A stretch of DNA of 64,000 nt from contig JBCCQQ010000001.1 of the NCBI GenBank assembly GCA_039024555.1, positions 320,001-384,000 on the forward strand, read 5' to 3'. The notes beneath the pieces are model-generated. The model was not told where the DNA came from. It ran no database searches and worked only from the letters and a program-made list of their open reading frames with translations. Positions within the stretch are counted from its first letter, which is position 1, and the number at the start of each line of letters is the position of its first letter. The stretch comes from Cyanobacteria bacterium P01_D01_bin.156 (lineage in GTDB: Bacteria > Cyanobacteriota > Cyanobacteriia > Phormidesmidales > Phormidesmidaceae). Positions 19,258-29,070 of the stretch are shown in pieces. The translations under genes were made by a program, and so were the position numbers.

Positions 19258-19989
19258 ATGCTGCTCAAACCCTTTCGCCGCTTTATTCCTCTTTTATTGC
19301 TAGTCTTTACCCTCGGATGCACTCAGGTTAATACAGCAGCAACCACAAACAGCATTTATAGCTATAAACAACCCAGCAGTGACGGCATTGGCAAAGTATA
19401 TATGGGGCGGGAAATTTCCCAGGTTATGGGTCATCAGGGAGCTTACTGGTTAGAGCGCCCCAGCCGAGAAGCCGAAGAACGTCCAGATATGGCGATAGAT
19501 GCCCTAGGGTTAAAACCAACTGATACCGTAGCTGACATTGGGGCAGGGACGGGCTATATGAGTTTTCGCATGGCTCGTAAAGTTCCAGATGGTCAGGTCC
19601 TTGCAGTGGACCTACAACCAGAAATGATTCAGCTATTGGAAGAAACACGGGATGAGCAAGGCGTTACTAATTTGACAACCATCCAAGCGGAAGAAAACAA
19701 TCCGCATCTGCCAGCAGGACAGGTCGACCTAGTGCTGATGGTGGACGCGTATCACGAGTTTGAGTCTCCCCGGGAAGTCATGACTGGTGTCGTGGAGGGA
19801 TTAAAACCCGATGGCCAAGTAGTACTGGCCGAATATCGAGCCGAGAATCCGCTAATTATGATCAAGCGGCTACACAAGATGAGCGAGAAACAAGTAAAAA
19901 AAGAGATGGCGGCAGTCGGGCTAACCTGGGTCAAAACCGATGAACGCTTACCTCAACAACACTTGTTGTTTTTTCAGAAAGTAGCGTGA
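19258..19989 (+). CDS. Class I SAM-dependent methyltransferase, probable lipoprotein
   Basis: VADIGAGTGY, AVDLQPEM and VDAYHEF; hydrophobic leader with TLGC lipobox-like motif. Confidence 0.85.
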   Translation: MLLKPFRRFIPLLLLVFTLGCTQVNTAATTNSIYSYKQPSSDGIGKVYMGREISQVMGHQGAYWLERPSREAEERPDMAIDALGLKPTDTVADIGAGTGYMSFRMARKVPDGQVLAVDLQPEMIQLLEETRDEQGVTNLTTIQAEENNPHLPAGQVDLVLMVDAYHEFESPREVMTGVVEGLKPDGQVVLAEYRAENPLIMIKRLHKMSEKQVKKEMAAVGLTWVKTDERLPQQHLLFFQKVA

Positions 19990-20205
19990 GCATAGGAGCA
20001 ACTCTGGAAATTCACATGGTCAGATCAATCCACTATGAATTAACACCATGCTAAAAACCATCCGCATGGGATCAAGGATTTAGTTCTCGTTTTTCAACGA
20101 ATAGACTAAATCCTTAAAGATGGGTGCAACAATATGATCACCGCTTCGCTTCACCGTTAGGCGGCAAGCCAACTACACGACCGACATAAGAATCTAAGAC
20201 CAGTT

Positions 20206-20688
20206 ATGGTGAACGAAATAGAGTTCCAGTACCTACGTCGTTGCGTAGAACTTGCAACAGAAGCCCTGGAGGCGGGCGATGAGCCATTCGGTTCTGTGCT
20301 CGTCGCCGCAGACGGGACTATGCTTGTGGAAGACCGCAACCGGGTGGCAGCCGGTGATAAAACCCGTCATCCCGAGTTCGAGATCGCGCGCTGGGCTGCG
20401 ATGAATATGCATCCTGAGGAGAGAGCGAGAGCAACCGTTTACACCTCTGGTGAACATTGCCCAATGTGTGCTGCAGCGCATGGGTGGGTTGGGCTAGGCC
20501 GCATCGTGTATGTGAGCTCCTCCGCGCAATTGTTAACCTGGCTAACCGATCTTGGAGTTCCAGCCCCTCCTGTGCGAACGTTGCCGATTCGAGAGGTGGT
20601 GCCTGATCTGGAGGTGGAAGGTCCTATCCCCGATCTTGCTGAGCAGGTACATGAGCTGCATCGTCGTCTTCACAGCTCAGCTAAATAA
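20206..20688 (+). CDS. Zinc-dependent nucleoside/cytosine deaminase family protein
   Basis: PFGSVLV, HPE, and YTSGEHCPMCAAA (HxE...CxxC). Confidence 0.9.
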   Translation: MVNEIEFQYLRRCVELATEALEAGDEPFGSVLVAADGTMLVEDRNRVAAGDKTRHPEFEIARWAAMNMHPEERARATVYTSGEHCPMCAAAHGWVGLGRIVYVSSSAQLLTWLTDLGVPAPPVRTLPIREVVPDLEVEGPIPDLAEQVHELHRRLHSSAK

Positions 20689-21277
20689 ACGGTCGTGGTA
20701 TCGTCACTTACCAAACAGAACAAACACTTGAAGCCTCAGACAAAATACAGCCCTTACTCATTTCCAGAACTCACGATTGCACTACAACACATGTTGGTTC
20801 TGGAATGTTAGCAACACATCAAGTCAGCTATCCAAATCACTGTTTGCGTCCAAAGTCTCACTTTCCAAATTACTTGATTTTCGCTTTGAGAGTGACGTTG
20901 TACCAAAAAGTTGTTCTACAGATCGCTTCACTCCCTTAAATCAATAGCCGCAAATCCCAAATATTCTAACCATCAGGCTACTTAAGGAGGCATTACTCTA
21001 TGGCTAGAACAAAATGCATGGGTTTATTGCAATCCTGCAATATTCTGTAGTCGATTGAAATTGTCTAAATATACTTTGGCTAAAGCAGACGAGCCGAATG
21101 CCAAATGAGTATATACAAGCAAAGGAAAGTGCGATCGCACCCCGTATCTTGTTCTAATTTGCCAGATAGCTTACGGAATACACGCACATGCCGATGTGTT
21201 TAAAGGCTGGCCAGTTCATTTTTAGAATTGGCTAATCGGCCCTTTCCACCACTCATGCCTACTACTGGAATAGTCAA

Positions 21278-23152
21278 ATGACTGCAGGACAACTAGACCA
21301 GAGCCTTCAAATAAAACGCCAGAAGTATCAATATAATTACACCCACATTCCCCCGATAGCCATGGTGGATACCCTGGCAGAAGAGGAAGAATTTTCCTCT
21401 TCGTGGCGCTTGATGGTGGCAAAAGTCGGGTTCGAGCTACTTGTAAATACGATTATTGTTAATCGCGGCGATCACGGCAAAGATGGCGCAGCAGATGATG
21501 TTAAAGCCTTTCTAGTAGAAACATTTAAGGAAACATTAGCCAAACGTGACGGATTCTCTCGTCTAAAGGTTCTCTGGCAGGGAGCTAAGTTTATCCCTAG
21601 AATCTTATTTGGTCGATTGTCTACCAGTGCGGATGAATTAGAAGAGCTGATCACAGACATTATTAAAAGTGTTAGTCGTGATTTTTTACAAGAGTTTGCC
21701 GCTAATGTACAACAGAAGTTAAAGGTAGATTCTCCCCAGGGACGAGGAGACGAGTTAAAAGATTTTCAGGCGCTATTTCAAACTATTGATCTACCTTCTA
21801 TTGCCTATACCTACGAAACGGATGAGGTGTTTGCATCCATGCGAGTTGCCGGACCCAATCCAGTGATGATTCAGCGACTAACAGCACCGCAGCCTAACTT
21901 TCCCGTAACCGAAGAGCACTATCAAGGTGTGTTGGGAACAGATGACTCCCTGACAGCAGCCTACAGTGCAGGGCGTCTGTACATTGCAGACTATAGCATT
22001 TTAGAAGATGCCATTAATGGTTCTTTTCCTGGCAGCCAGAAGTATCTTTACGCTCCCATCGCCCTTTTTGCAGTACCGAAACATGGCGATCGTCGTCTGC
22101 AGCCCGTGGCCATTCAGGTAGGGCAAGACCCGCAGAAACATGGCATTATTACTCCGCAGTCCAATGCCTATGCTTGGCTCTGTGCTAAAACGCTGGTACA
22201 AGTGGCTGATGCCAACTTCCATGAGGCGGTAACCCATCTAGCACGTACCCATTTATTTATCGGGCCATTTGCGATCGCAACCCACCGCCAGCTTCTTGAT
22301 AATCATCCGGTGAGTCTTCTACTACGGCCACATTTCCAGGGAATGCTGGCCATCAACAATGCGGCCCAAGACAAGCTAATTGCCGCTGGTGGCGGCGTCA
22401 ACAAAATTCTCTCCGCCACCATTGATTCATCACGGGTCTTTGCCGTACTAGGGGTTCAAACCTATGGTTTTAACTCTGCCATGTTCCCCAAACAACTGCG
22501 ACAGCGAGGCGTTGACGAAACAGATTGTTTACCCAACTATCCCTACCGCGACGATGGTTTATTGATTTGGAACGCCATCCATACCTGGGTTCACGACTAT
22601 CTAAAAGTTTATTATGCCGACGATGCTGCGGTGCAACAAGACAGCAGCTTGCAAGCCTGGGCTAAAGAATTAGTTGCCCATAATGGTGGACGCGTTATTG
22701 AATTTGGAGAAGCGAATGGCCAAATCCAAACCCTAACCTATCTCATTGACGCGATTACTCTGATTATTTTTACCGCCAGCGCTCAACATGCCGCCGTAAA
22801 TTTTCCGCAAAAAGAGATCATGAGCTATGCTCCCGCCATGCCCACCGCTGGCTATGCCAAGCTAGACAATCCAGGAGAACACACCACGCAAGCAGATTAT
22901 CTCAGCTTGCTTCCTCCCCTCCGGCAGGCACAAGAACAACTAAAACTTCTCCATTTACTAGGCTCCGCCCATTTCACCCAGCTTGGAGAATATGAAACCG
23001 GTCATTTTCAAGATCCCAATGTGCAGGCTCCCCTGGGTCGCTTTCGCAATCGTTTAGACGAAATCACAGACACTATCTACGAGCGTAATCGCAATCGGCC
23101 ATGCTACGACTACTTGCTCCCTAAAAATATTCCTCAAAGTATCAATATCTAA
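21278..23152 (+). CDS. Non-haem iron lipoxygenase
   Basis: RVAGPNP, WLCAK, HEAVTHLARTH, YPYRDDG, QHAAVNFPQ and C-terminal SINI. All iron ligands are present, and the stereo-determining site (INNAAQ) carries Ala. Confidence 0.96.
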   Translation: MTAGQLDQSLQIKRQKYQYNYTHIPPIAMVDTLAEEEEFSSSWRLMVAKVGFELLVNTIIVNRGDHGKDGAADDVKAFLVETFKETLAKRDGFSRLKVLWQGAKFIPRILFGRLSTSADELEELITDIIKSVSRDFLQEFAANVQQKLKVDSPQGRGDELKDFQALFQTIDLPSIAYTYETDEVFASMRVAGPNPVMIQRLTAPQPNFPVTEEHYQGVLGTDDSLTAAYSAGRLYIADYSILEDAINGSFPGSQKYLYAPIALFAVPKHGDRRLQPVAIQVGQDPQKHGIITPQSNAYAWLCAKTLVQVADANFHEAVTHLARTHLFIGPFAIATHRQLLDNHPVSLLLRPHFQGMLAINNAAQDKLIAAGGGVNKILSATIDSSRVFAVLGVQTYGFNSAMFPKQLRQRGVDETDCLPNYPYRDDGLLIWNAIHTWVHDYLKVYYADDAAVQQDSSLQAWAKELVAHNGGRVIEFGEANGQIQTLTYLIDAITLIIFTASAQHAAVNFPQKEIMSYAPAMPTAGYAKLDNPGEHTTQADYLSLLPPLRQAQEQLKLLHLLGSAHFTQLGEYETGHFQDPNVQAPLGRFRNRLDEITDTIYERNRNRPCYDYLLPKNIPQSINI

Positions 23153-23200
23153 CGTATCCAACGTCTATTGCTACTCTGCCCTCCTCTATATAGCACCACC

Positions 23201-24559
23201 ATGGACATCACGGCTCTAAGACAAAAGCTTATCAAAACCCACGACGGCCAAATTAAGCTATCTAAACGAATCGCCAAGGTGGGCTACGATACCACCCTAG
23301 GCAAGCTATTGCGCCTCAAACCCTACTACAGTGAAGGTATTACCATGTTGAAAGCATGGCGAAACTTTCTCTACATTCGTAAAGAACAGATTGGCAACAC
23401 CTACTTTGCCGTTGACCATGCCATCATGCATACAGACCATGATCAGGTAAAAGGTCTTATGCAGGTAGAGCCTCAGCTGCGGGGTAACGATCTGGGCATT
23501 ATCAGAATTTTGGCCGATAGCTACATGCTAGGCAATCCTCTGAGTTTAGGCACTAACGGAAAGGCTCACACCGGCATCCGGGCTGTTTTCCATGAAGCAC
23601 TACCTGACCCTTGGCAAAAGGCAGCACATCTCGGCAGTTATGTAGATAGCTTTCTCTCTGAACACACCAAACTAGGGAAACTGCACATTGGGGACGATCT
23701 GCCTCGCTTTATGGTGAAGATTTTGCACCACCTTGTATTTCAACTCAACGTCTCGGAGGAAGAAGTAACAAATTCCCGTGGGTATATCAAAGGGTTACCC
23801 CTGGCCTCTCTACCCACGTTTCTTAGCAAATATATTCTAGTCTTTAAGACGGGACCTATTCTAAAGCACCGTAAAAGTCTCGTTCAAAAATATCAGGTTT
23901 CTCCTAATTGGAAAGCCTATGCAGCCGCTGGGCAACAATATAATCTCACAGCCAATGAGATCGCCAACGGTCTGTTTGACATGATCCATATTGCGGGGAC
24001 TGCTGGCACTAGCGCCTTAATGGGTTCTGTCATTGGTGTCCTTTATCTAAATGACGCCTTACGCAATGACGTCATTCATGAAATTAATACCGTTTGGACA
24101 GGTGACACTCCTCCAACCGGAGACATGCTCCGGCAAGCAACGTTACTACACAAGGTGGTTTTAGAAACAGCTCGCTTGTATCCGCCTGTACGCTTTGTCA
24201 GCCAGCTCGCTAAAGAGTCTGGAGAAGTCAAGATAGGCGAAGCCAAATGTCCATTTCAAAAGGGTACTCGTCTTTTAGGATCTATCTTTACCGCTAATCG
24301 CGATGAACAGCGATATGTCAATCCCGATGATTTCTCAGTTGATCGAGACTTTTCAGATCTCCTCTCCTGGAATGGAGGCAGCCATACACGCGTATGCCCC
24401 GGACAAGAACTCTCCATAGAGCTCATCAAAGTATTTTGTATGTATCTCTTTACAAAATATCAATGGCAACAGGCTACCGAAGTGAAATGGGACTTTGACA
24501 ATGTGACTGCGGTTACCCCCAATGATTTAGAACTTCAGGGATTTGCTCCAAAGGCATGA
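23201..24559 (+). CDS. Atypical cytochrome P450, candidate fatty-acid hydroperoxide-metabolising enzyme
   Basis: ExxR motif ETARLYPPV, ANRD, haem-Cys motif WNGGSHTRVCPG. The I-helix AGTAGT lacks the D/E-T pair. The likely start is ATG 23201. Confidence 0.9.
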   Translation: MDITALRQKLIKTHDGQIKLSKRIAKVGYDTTLGKLLRLKPYYSEGITMLKAWRNFLYIRKEQIGNTYFAVDHAIMHTDHDQVKGLMQVEPQLRGNDLGIIRILADSYMLGNPLSLGTNGKAHTGIRAVFHEALPDPWQKAAHLGSYVDSFLSEHTKLGKLHIGDDLPRFMVKILHHLVFQLNVSEEEVTNSRGYIKGLPLASLPTFLSKYILVFKTGPILKHRKSLVQKYQVSPNWKAYAAAGQQYNLTANEIANGLFDMIHIAGTAGTSALMGSVIGVLYLNDALRNDVIHEINTVWTGDTPPTGDMLRQATLLHKVVLETARLYPPVRFVSQLAKESGEVKIGEAKCPFQKGTRLLGSIFTANRDEQRYVNPDDFSVDRDFSDLLSWNGGSHTRVCPGQELSIELIKVFCMYLFTKYQWQQATEVKWDFDNVTAVTPNDLELQGFAPKA

Positions 24560-24603
24560 GCTAACAAACTCAACAACACACACACTGACGACAGAGGACA
24601 CCT

Positions 24604-25155
24604 ATGATGACTGGAACCGTAGTCGCTCAAAAATTTGAGGACATTGCTACCTGGATGACGTCCAACCAGCCCACCGATCTCCCCAATGTACTCAAGGGGG
24701 TATTTTTTATGGATGGCAACCCCCTTCCTGACGATTGCATCAACATGTACAACCTAGACTGGGATGAAACAGAGCATCGTCTGACGTTACCGGTAACAGC
24801 CCCAGCACAGTGGACATTTCACCGCAATCTATTGGGTTGGCTCTTGCTTCGCGGTGCTCAGCTTGCCAATTTTAGATACATCATTCAATTTGAAGACGCT
24901 ACATTACAAAGCGCTCAAATTATTCCCATTGCTTTTGGCCTCACTGTACCACGATGGATTGTGGATGCCACCATGTGCCAACATGAGGGAATCAATAATG
25001 GTGAATTGTGGGACCGTAAAAATGTTTGGTTGGGGGGCATTCCCAGGGTAGGAGAATATGTCCTACGCCGCATTGTTGACGAAAATGGTCAGTACACGGC
25101 AGCTTTTCAAGACATGCTTACCAAAGTAGATGCTGAATGCTTAGTGGTCAGATAA
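24604..25155 (+). CDS. Uncharacterised protein, third gene of the LOX-P450 operon
   Basis: 183-aa ORF with an AGAGGA RBS, 44 nt after the P450 stop. It is rich in Trp and other aromatic residues (LKGVFFMDGNPLPDD, WDRKNVW, YVLRRIVD). Confidence 0.8.
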   Translation: MMTGTVVAQKFEDIATWMTSNQPTDLPNVLKGVFFMDGNPLPDDCINMYNLDWDETEHRLTLPVTAPAQWTFHRNLLGWLLLRGAQLANFRYIIQFEDATLQSAQIIPIAFGLTVPRWIVDATMCQHEGINNGELWDRKNVWLGGIPRVGEYVLRRIVDENGQYTAAFQDMLTKVDAECLVVR

Positions 25156-25158
25156 CAA

Positions 25159-25692
25159 CTATGCTGCCGCATCAAAACGTGCCAGGTACTGACCATAGCC
25201 CTCTGTTTCTAACTCAGCCAGGGGAATAAAATGTAGCGCTGCCGAATTGATACAGTAGCGTAGACCTGTTGGGTTTGGACCATCCTTAAAGACATGCCCC
25301 AGATGGGAGTCAGCCTGACGGCTACGTACTTCAGTCCGCACCATAAAGAAAGAACGATCTTGGACTTCAACAATGTTGTCAGATTCAATGGGCTGAAAGA
25401 AAGAAGGCCAGCCTGTTCCAGAGGCAAACTTATCAGTAGAAGAGAACAATGGCTCTCCTGACACCACATCAACGTAAATACCTGCTTTCTTATTATTCCA
25501 ATAAGCGTTCTTAAAGGGAGGTTCTGTAGCATCTTGCTGGGTTACGGCATACTGTTGCTCCGTCAGCTTAGCTTGCAACGTTTCCATATCCGGCTTCTGA
25601 AAGTCATTGTCCGCCTGAGCAAGACTCGGGTTTACGACGACTAACCCCACTAGCATTAGGCAACCCAAAATAAACCGGTAAACTCGTTTCAT
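25159..25692 (-). CDS. msrB: Peptide-methionine (R)-S-oxide reductase with signal peptide
   Basis: [26 protein letters not shown] and RYCINS; N-terminal leader ending AQA. Confidence 0.95.
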   Translation of the reverse strand: MKRVYRFILGCLMLVGLVVVNPSLAQADNDFQKPDMETLQAKLTEQQYAVTQQDATEPPFKNAYWNNKKAGIYVDVVSGEPLFSSTDKFASGTGWPSFFQPIESDNIVEVQDRSFFMVRTEVRSRQADSHLGHVFKDGPNPTGLRYCINSAALHFIPLAELETEGYGQYLARFDAAA

Positions 25693-25959
25693 TAGCCCCT
25701 TAATAACAACTTAGACAGACAACGCTTACCTGTTAAGCATAACTATATTTTTAGGTTTTAGGCATCTACCTCAGGGCGATAACCTTACACCAAGAACATT
25801 GCAAGGTTATCTACATCGGAACACAGTAGTAATGGAGCTAACGTTTCTGGACGACGACTAAAACAGCGACCTCAAAGGAAGCTCCTGATTAGGTCGCTTA
25901 TGCCTTGAGCAGTGTCAACCAACCAGCAACAAGGGAGAGTAATCTTTTTTTAGAAGTTG

Positions 25960-27897
25960 CTAGATATCCAAATCTGCCATGTTCAGCTTTGGACCGTAGG
26001 TTTCAATAAACTCACGACGAGGCGCTACGCGATCTCCCATCAGTACTGTAAAGATTCGCTCTGCCTCAGCCGCATCTTCAATTTCTACTTTCTTCAGGGT
26101 GCGAGTCTCTGGATTCATGGTGGTATCCCAGAGCTGCTGGGGCATCATTTCACCCAAACCCTTAAATCGCTGCACGTTGTATTTTGCGTTTTCCGGCAGT
26201 GCGTTCACGCCCCGCTGTAGCTCCTGATCGCTATAGCAGTAAGTATGGTTTTTACCCCGCTCTAGCTTGTACAGAGGCGGACAGGCAATGTACACAAAGC
26301 CCTGATCAATCAAGGCTCGCTGGTAGCGGTAAAAGAATGTCAGCAACAACGTACGAATGTGGGCGCCATCTACGTCTGCGTCTGTCATTAGACAAATGCG
26401 ATGGTAGCGCAGCTGGGCTGAGTCAAATTCTTCGCCCTTAATGCCGAGACCCAGGGCCGTAATTAACGACTGGACTTCGTTGTTTTTATAAATCTTGGCA
26501 TCATCTGTTTTTTCAATATTGAGAATCTTGCCTCGCAGTGGCAAAATCGCTTGGAATCTGCGATCGCGCCCTTGCTTGGCACTACCCCCCGCAGAATCCC
26601 CCTCAACAATAAAGATTTCAGATTCAGCTGGATCGCGAGAGCTACAGTCTGCCAACTTACCGGGCAATGTAGACGATTCTAATACTGACTTACGACGTAC
26701 CAGATCGCGGGCACGACGAGCTGCTTCTGCGGCATTAAAGGATTGGATCGCTTTTTCTAGAATCGAATCCACCACACTGGGATTGAAATCGAGGTATTCG
26801 CTCAGCGTTTCCCCAATGAGCGAATCCACAATACCGCGCACTTCGGTATTCCCTAGCTTGGTTTTAGTTTGTCCTTCAAATTCCGGCTCCGGCACCTTCA
26901 CAGAAATTACCGCCGTGAGACCTTCCCGAATATTTTCTCCCGCCAGGTTAGATTCATTGTCTTTTCGCTTATTACGCTTACGGGCAAAGTTATTCATGGT
27001 GCGTGTGAGCACCGCTTTTAACCCCTCTAGGTGGGTACCGCCATCCACGGTACGAATGTTATTGGCAAAGCCCATCAAGTTGTCAGAATAGGCATCCACA
27101 CACCATTGCAGAGCTGCCTCTACCTGCACGCCATTTTTCTCACCAGTTACATAAATAATGTCTGGATGAATCGGCTGCTTTTCCTTATTAATATATTCAA
27201 CATACTCACGGATACCACCTTCGTAGAAGTAGCGGTTTACCTTAGGCTCATCCGCTTTGAGTAGCTCTAGACGATGATCGGTAAAGGTAATATCGACACC
27301 GGCATTGAGGTAAGCCAACTCCCGCAAACGCCCCGCCAAAGTGCTGTAATCAAATTCAACACTTTCAGTAAAGATTAGGTTATCAGGCTTGAAGGTAACT
27401 GAAGTCCCGGTACGGCTACCAGCACCGCTCTTTATCGACAGCTCTCCTTGAGCTTCCCCCCGTTCATATCGCTGAAGATGCTCTTTTTTATTGCGCCAAA
27501 CGGTCACCTCTACCCATTCAGATAGAGCATTCACCACGGATACACCCACACCGTGAAGACCACCAGATACTTTATAACCGCCGCCGCCAAACTTACCCCC
27601 AGCGTGCAGCACAGTCATCACTGTCTCTAGGGCCGACTTTCCGGTGCGAGAATGCACATCGGTAGGGATACCACGTCCGTCATCAGTTACTGTGACCGAG
27701 CCATCTTCATTAAGATCTATGGTGATAGTCTTACAGTAGCCAGCCAGAGCCTCGTCGACAGAGTTGTCGACAACCTCGTAAACTAAGTGGTGCAAACCGC
27801 GCGGCCCGGTACTACCGATATACATCCCCGGTCGCTTGCGTACAGGTTCCAGGCCCTCTAAAACCTGAATCTGATCAGCACCATAGTTGGTTGTCAT
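25960..27897 (-). CDS. gyrB: DNA gyrase subunit B
   Basis: [51 protein letters not shown] and RFKGLGEM. No intein is present. Confidence 0.98.
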   Translation of the reverse strand: MTTNYGADQIQVLEGLEPVRKRPGMYIGSTGPRGLHHLVYEVVDNSVDEALAGYCKTITIDLNEDGSVTVTDDGRGIPTDVHSRTGKSALETVMTVLHAGGKFGGGGYKVSGGLHGVGVSVVNALSEWVEVTVWRNKKEHLQRYERGEAQGELSIKSGAGSRTGTSVTFKPDNLIFTESVEFDYSTLAGRLRELAYLNAGVDITFTDHRLELLKADEPKVNRYFYEGGIREYVEYINKEKQPIHPDIIYVTGEKNGVQVEAALQWCVDAYSDNLMGFANNIRTVDGGTHLEGLKAVLTRTMNNFARKRNKRKDNESNLAGENIREGLTAVISVKVPEPEFEGQTKTKLGNTEVRGIVDSLIGETLSEYLDFNPSVVDSILEKAIQSFNAAEAARRARDLVRRKSVLESSTLPGKLADCSSRDPAESEIFIVEGDSAGGSAKQGRDRRFQAILPLRGKILNIEKTDDAKIYKNNEVQSLITALGLGIKGEEFDSAQLRYHRICLMTDADVDGAHIRTLLLTFFYRYQRALIDQGFVYIACPPLYKLERGKNHTYCYSDQELQRGVNALPENAKYNVQRFKGLGEMMPQQLWDTTMNPETRTLKKVEIEDAAEAERIFTVLMGDRVAPRREFIETYGPKLNMADLDI

Positions 27898-28068
27898 GCT
27901 TTCCTATCTCCTAAGACGGTCGTAAAGCCGCAGCAGCGTTAGAAATGAAATTGTGCCATCGGATTCTAGCACAAAGGGGTTAAAACGGATTCTGAATGGA
28001 TTTTAGACGCCATATTTATTAGGGATGGATCAAAAAATTTTACACATGGAATAATTAGGCACTTTTCA

Positions 28069-29070
28069 TTGACTATAGAAATCCCTAAAGATAGTTCTTA
28101 CGTACCATTTCTGATTATAGTCGTTGGCCCAACGGCATCGGGAAAGTCTGGTTTGGCATTACGGCTTGCCCAACGGCTCAATGGAGTGATTTTAGGTGCT
28201 GATTCACGGCAGGTATACCGTGAGTTTGATATTGGTACGGCCAAACCAAGTCATGCAGACCAGCAAGTAGTTCCCCACTGTTTAATTGATATCTGTGTGC
28301 CTACGGACACCCTGACGGTGGCAGACTACCAGGAAAGGGCTCAGCAGGTAATTCAGCAGATCCACGGCGGACAAAACCAGGTACCTCTATTAGTTGGAGG
28401 CACTGGACTCTATATAAATGCGATCGCAAAAGGTTTAATTATTCCCCGCGTCGCACCCCAAGACGATCTTCGCCAACAGCTAACGAGTTTAGGCCAATCC
28501 CAATGCTATGCGTTTTTACACCAGGTAGACCCTGCAGCTACTGAACGCATCCATCCCAACGATACCGTCCGCACCCTGCGCGCCTTGGAAGTTTATTACG
28601 CCACTGGTCGCCCTATTTCAAAACAGCAAGGGAAAAATCCGCCTAGCTATCCAATTATTTATATAGGACTGGACTGTGGAGAAGCTCTGCGCCAGCGGAT
28701 TGAGCTACGCACCCAGCAAATGATAGACGAGGGTTTTGTGGGGGAGGTGGAAAGGTTGATCAATCGTTACGGTGCGGATTTACCGTTGCTAGAGACGTTG
28801 GGTTATGCGGAGATTAAGCAGTATTTGGCTGGGGATATCACGTTAGCGGAGGCAATCTCATTAACGGTTCGGCATACGCAACAGTTTGCAAAGCGGCAGC
28901 GGACTTGGTTTAGAAAGGAAAAGTTAATTAAGTGGTTTGATTCGAATGATGAGGGATTAGTTGATAAGGTTTGGGCTTATTTGCAAAGTTGTTTGCAGTC
29001 ATTGGGCTCGGATTGGAAGCAAAACCGGTTGCTTGGGGTCCCTCCGAGTTCCCCAAACCCCCATGGCTAG
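28069..29070 (+). CDS. miaA: tRNA dimethylallyltransferase
   Basis: GPTASGKS, DSRQVY, IGTAKP, VGGTGLY and FAKRQRTWF. The C-terminal tail runs into a repeat element. Confidence 0.95.
   Translation: MTIEIPKDSSYVPFLIIVVGPTASGKSGLALRLAQRLNGVILGADSRQVYREFDIGTAKPSHADQQVVPHCLIDICVPTDTLTVADYQERAQQVIQQIHGGQNQVPLLVGGTGLYINAIAKGLIIPRVAPQDDLRQQLTSLGQSQCYAFLHQVDPAATERIHPNDTVRTLRALEVYYATGRPISKQQGKNPPSYPIIYIGLDCGEALRQRIELRTQQMIDEGFVGEVERLINRYGADLPLLETLGYAEIKQYLAGDITLAEAISLTVRHTQQFAKRQRTWFRKEKLIKWFDSNDEGLVDKVWAYLQSCLQSLGSDWKQNRLLGVPPSSPNPHG

Noticed and set aside
26495..27091. 198-aa plus-strand ORF, and similar antisense ORFs over glpX, hemA, pntAB, htrA and the FHA gene
   Set aside because: These are antisense shadows of well-conserved genes with no motifs of their own.
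25960..27897. Intein in gyrB
   Set aside because: The protein is the normal 645 aa with contiguous motifs and no intein splice-junction signatures.
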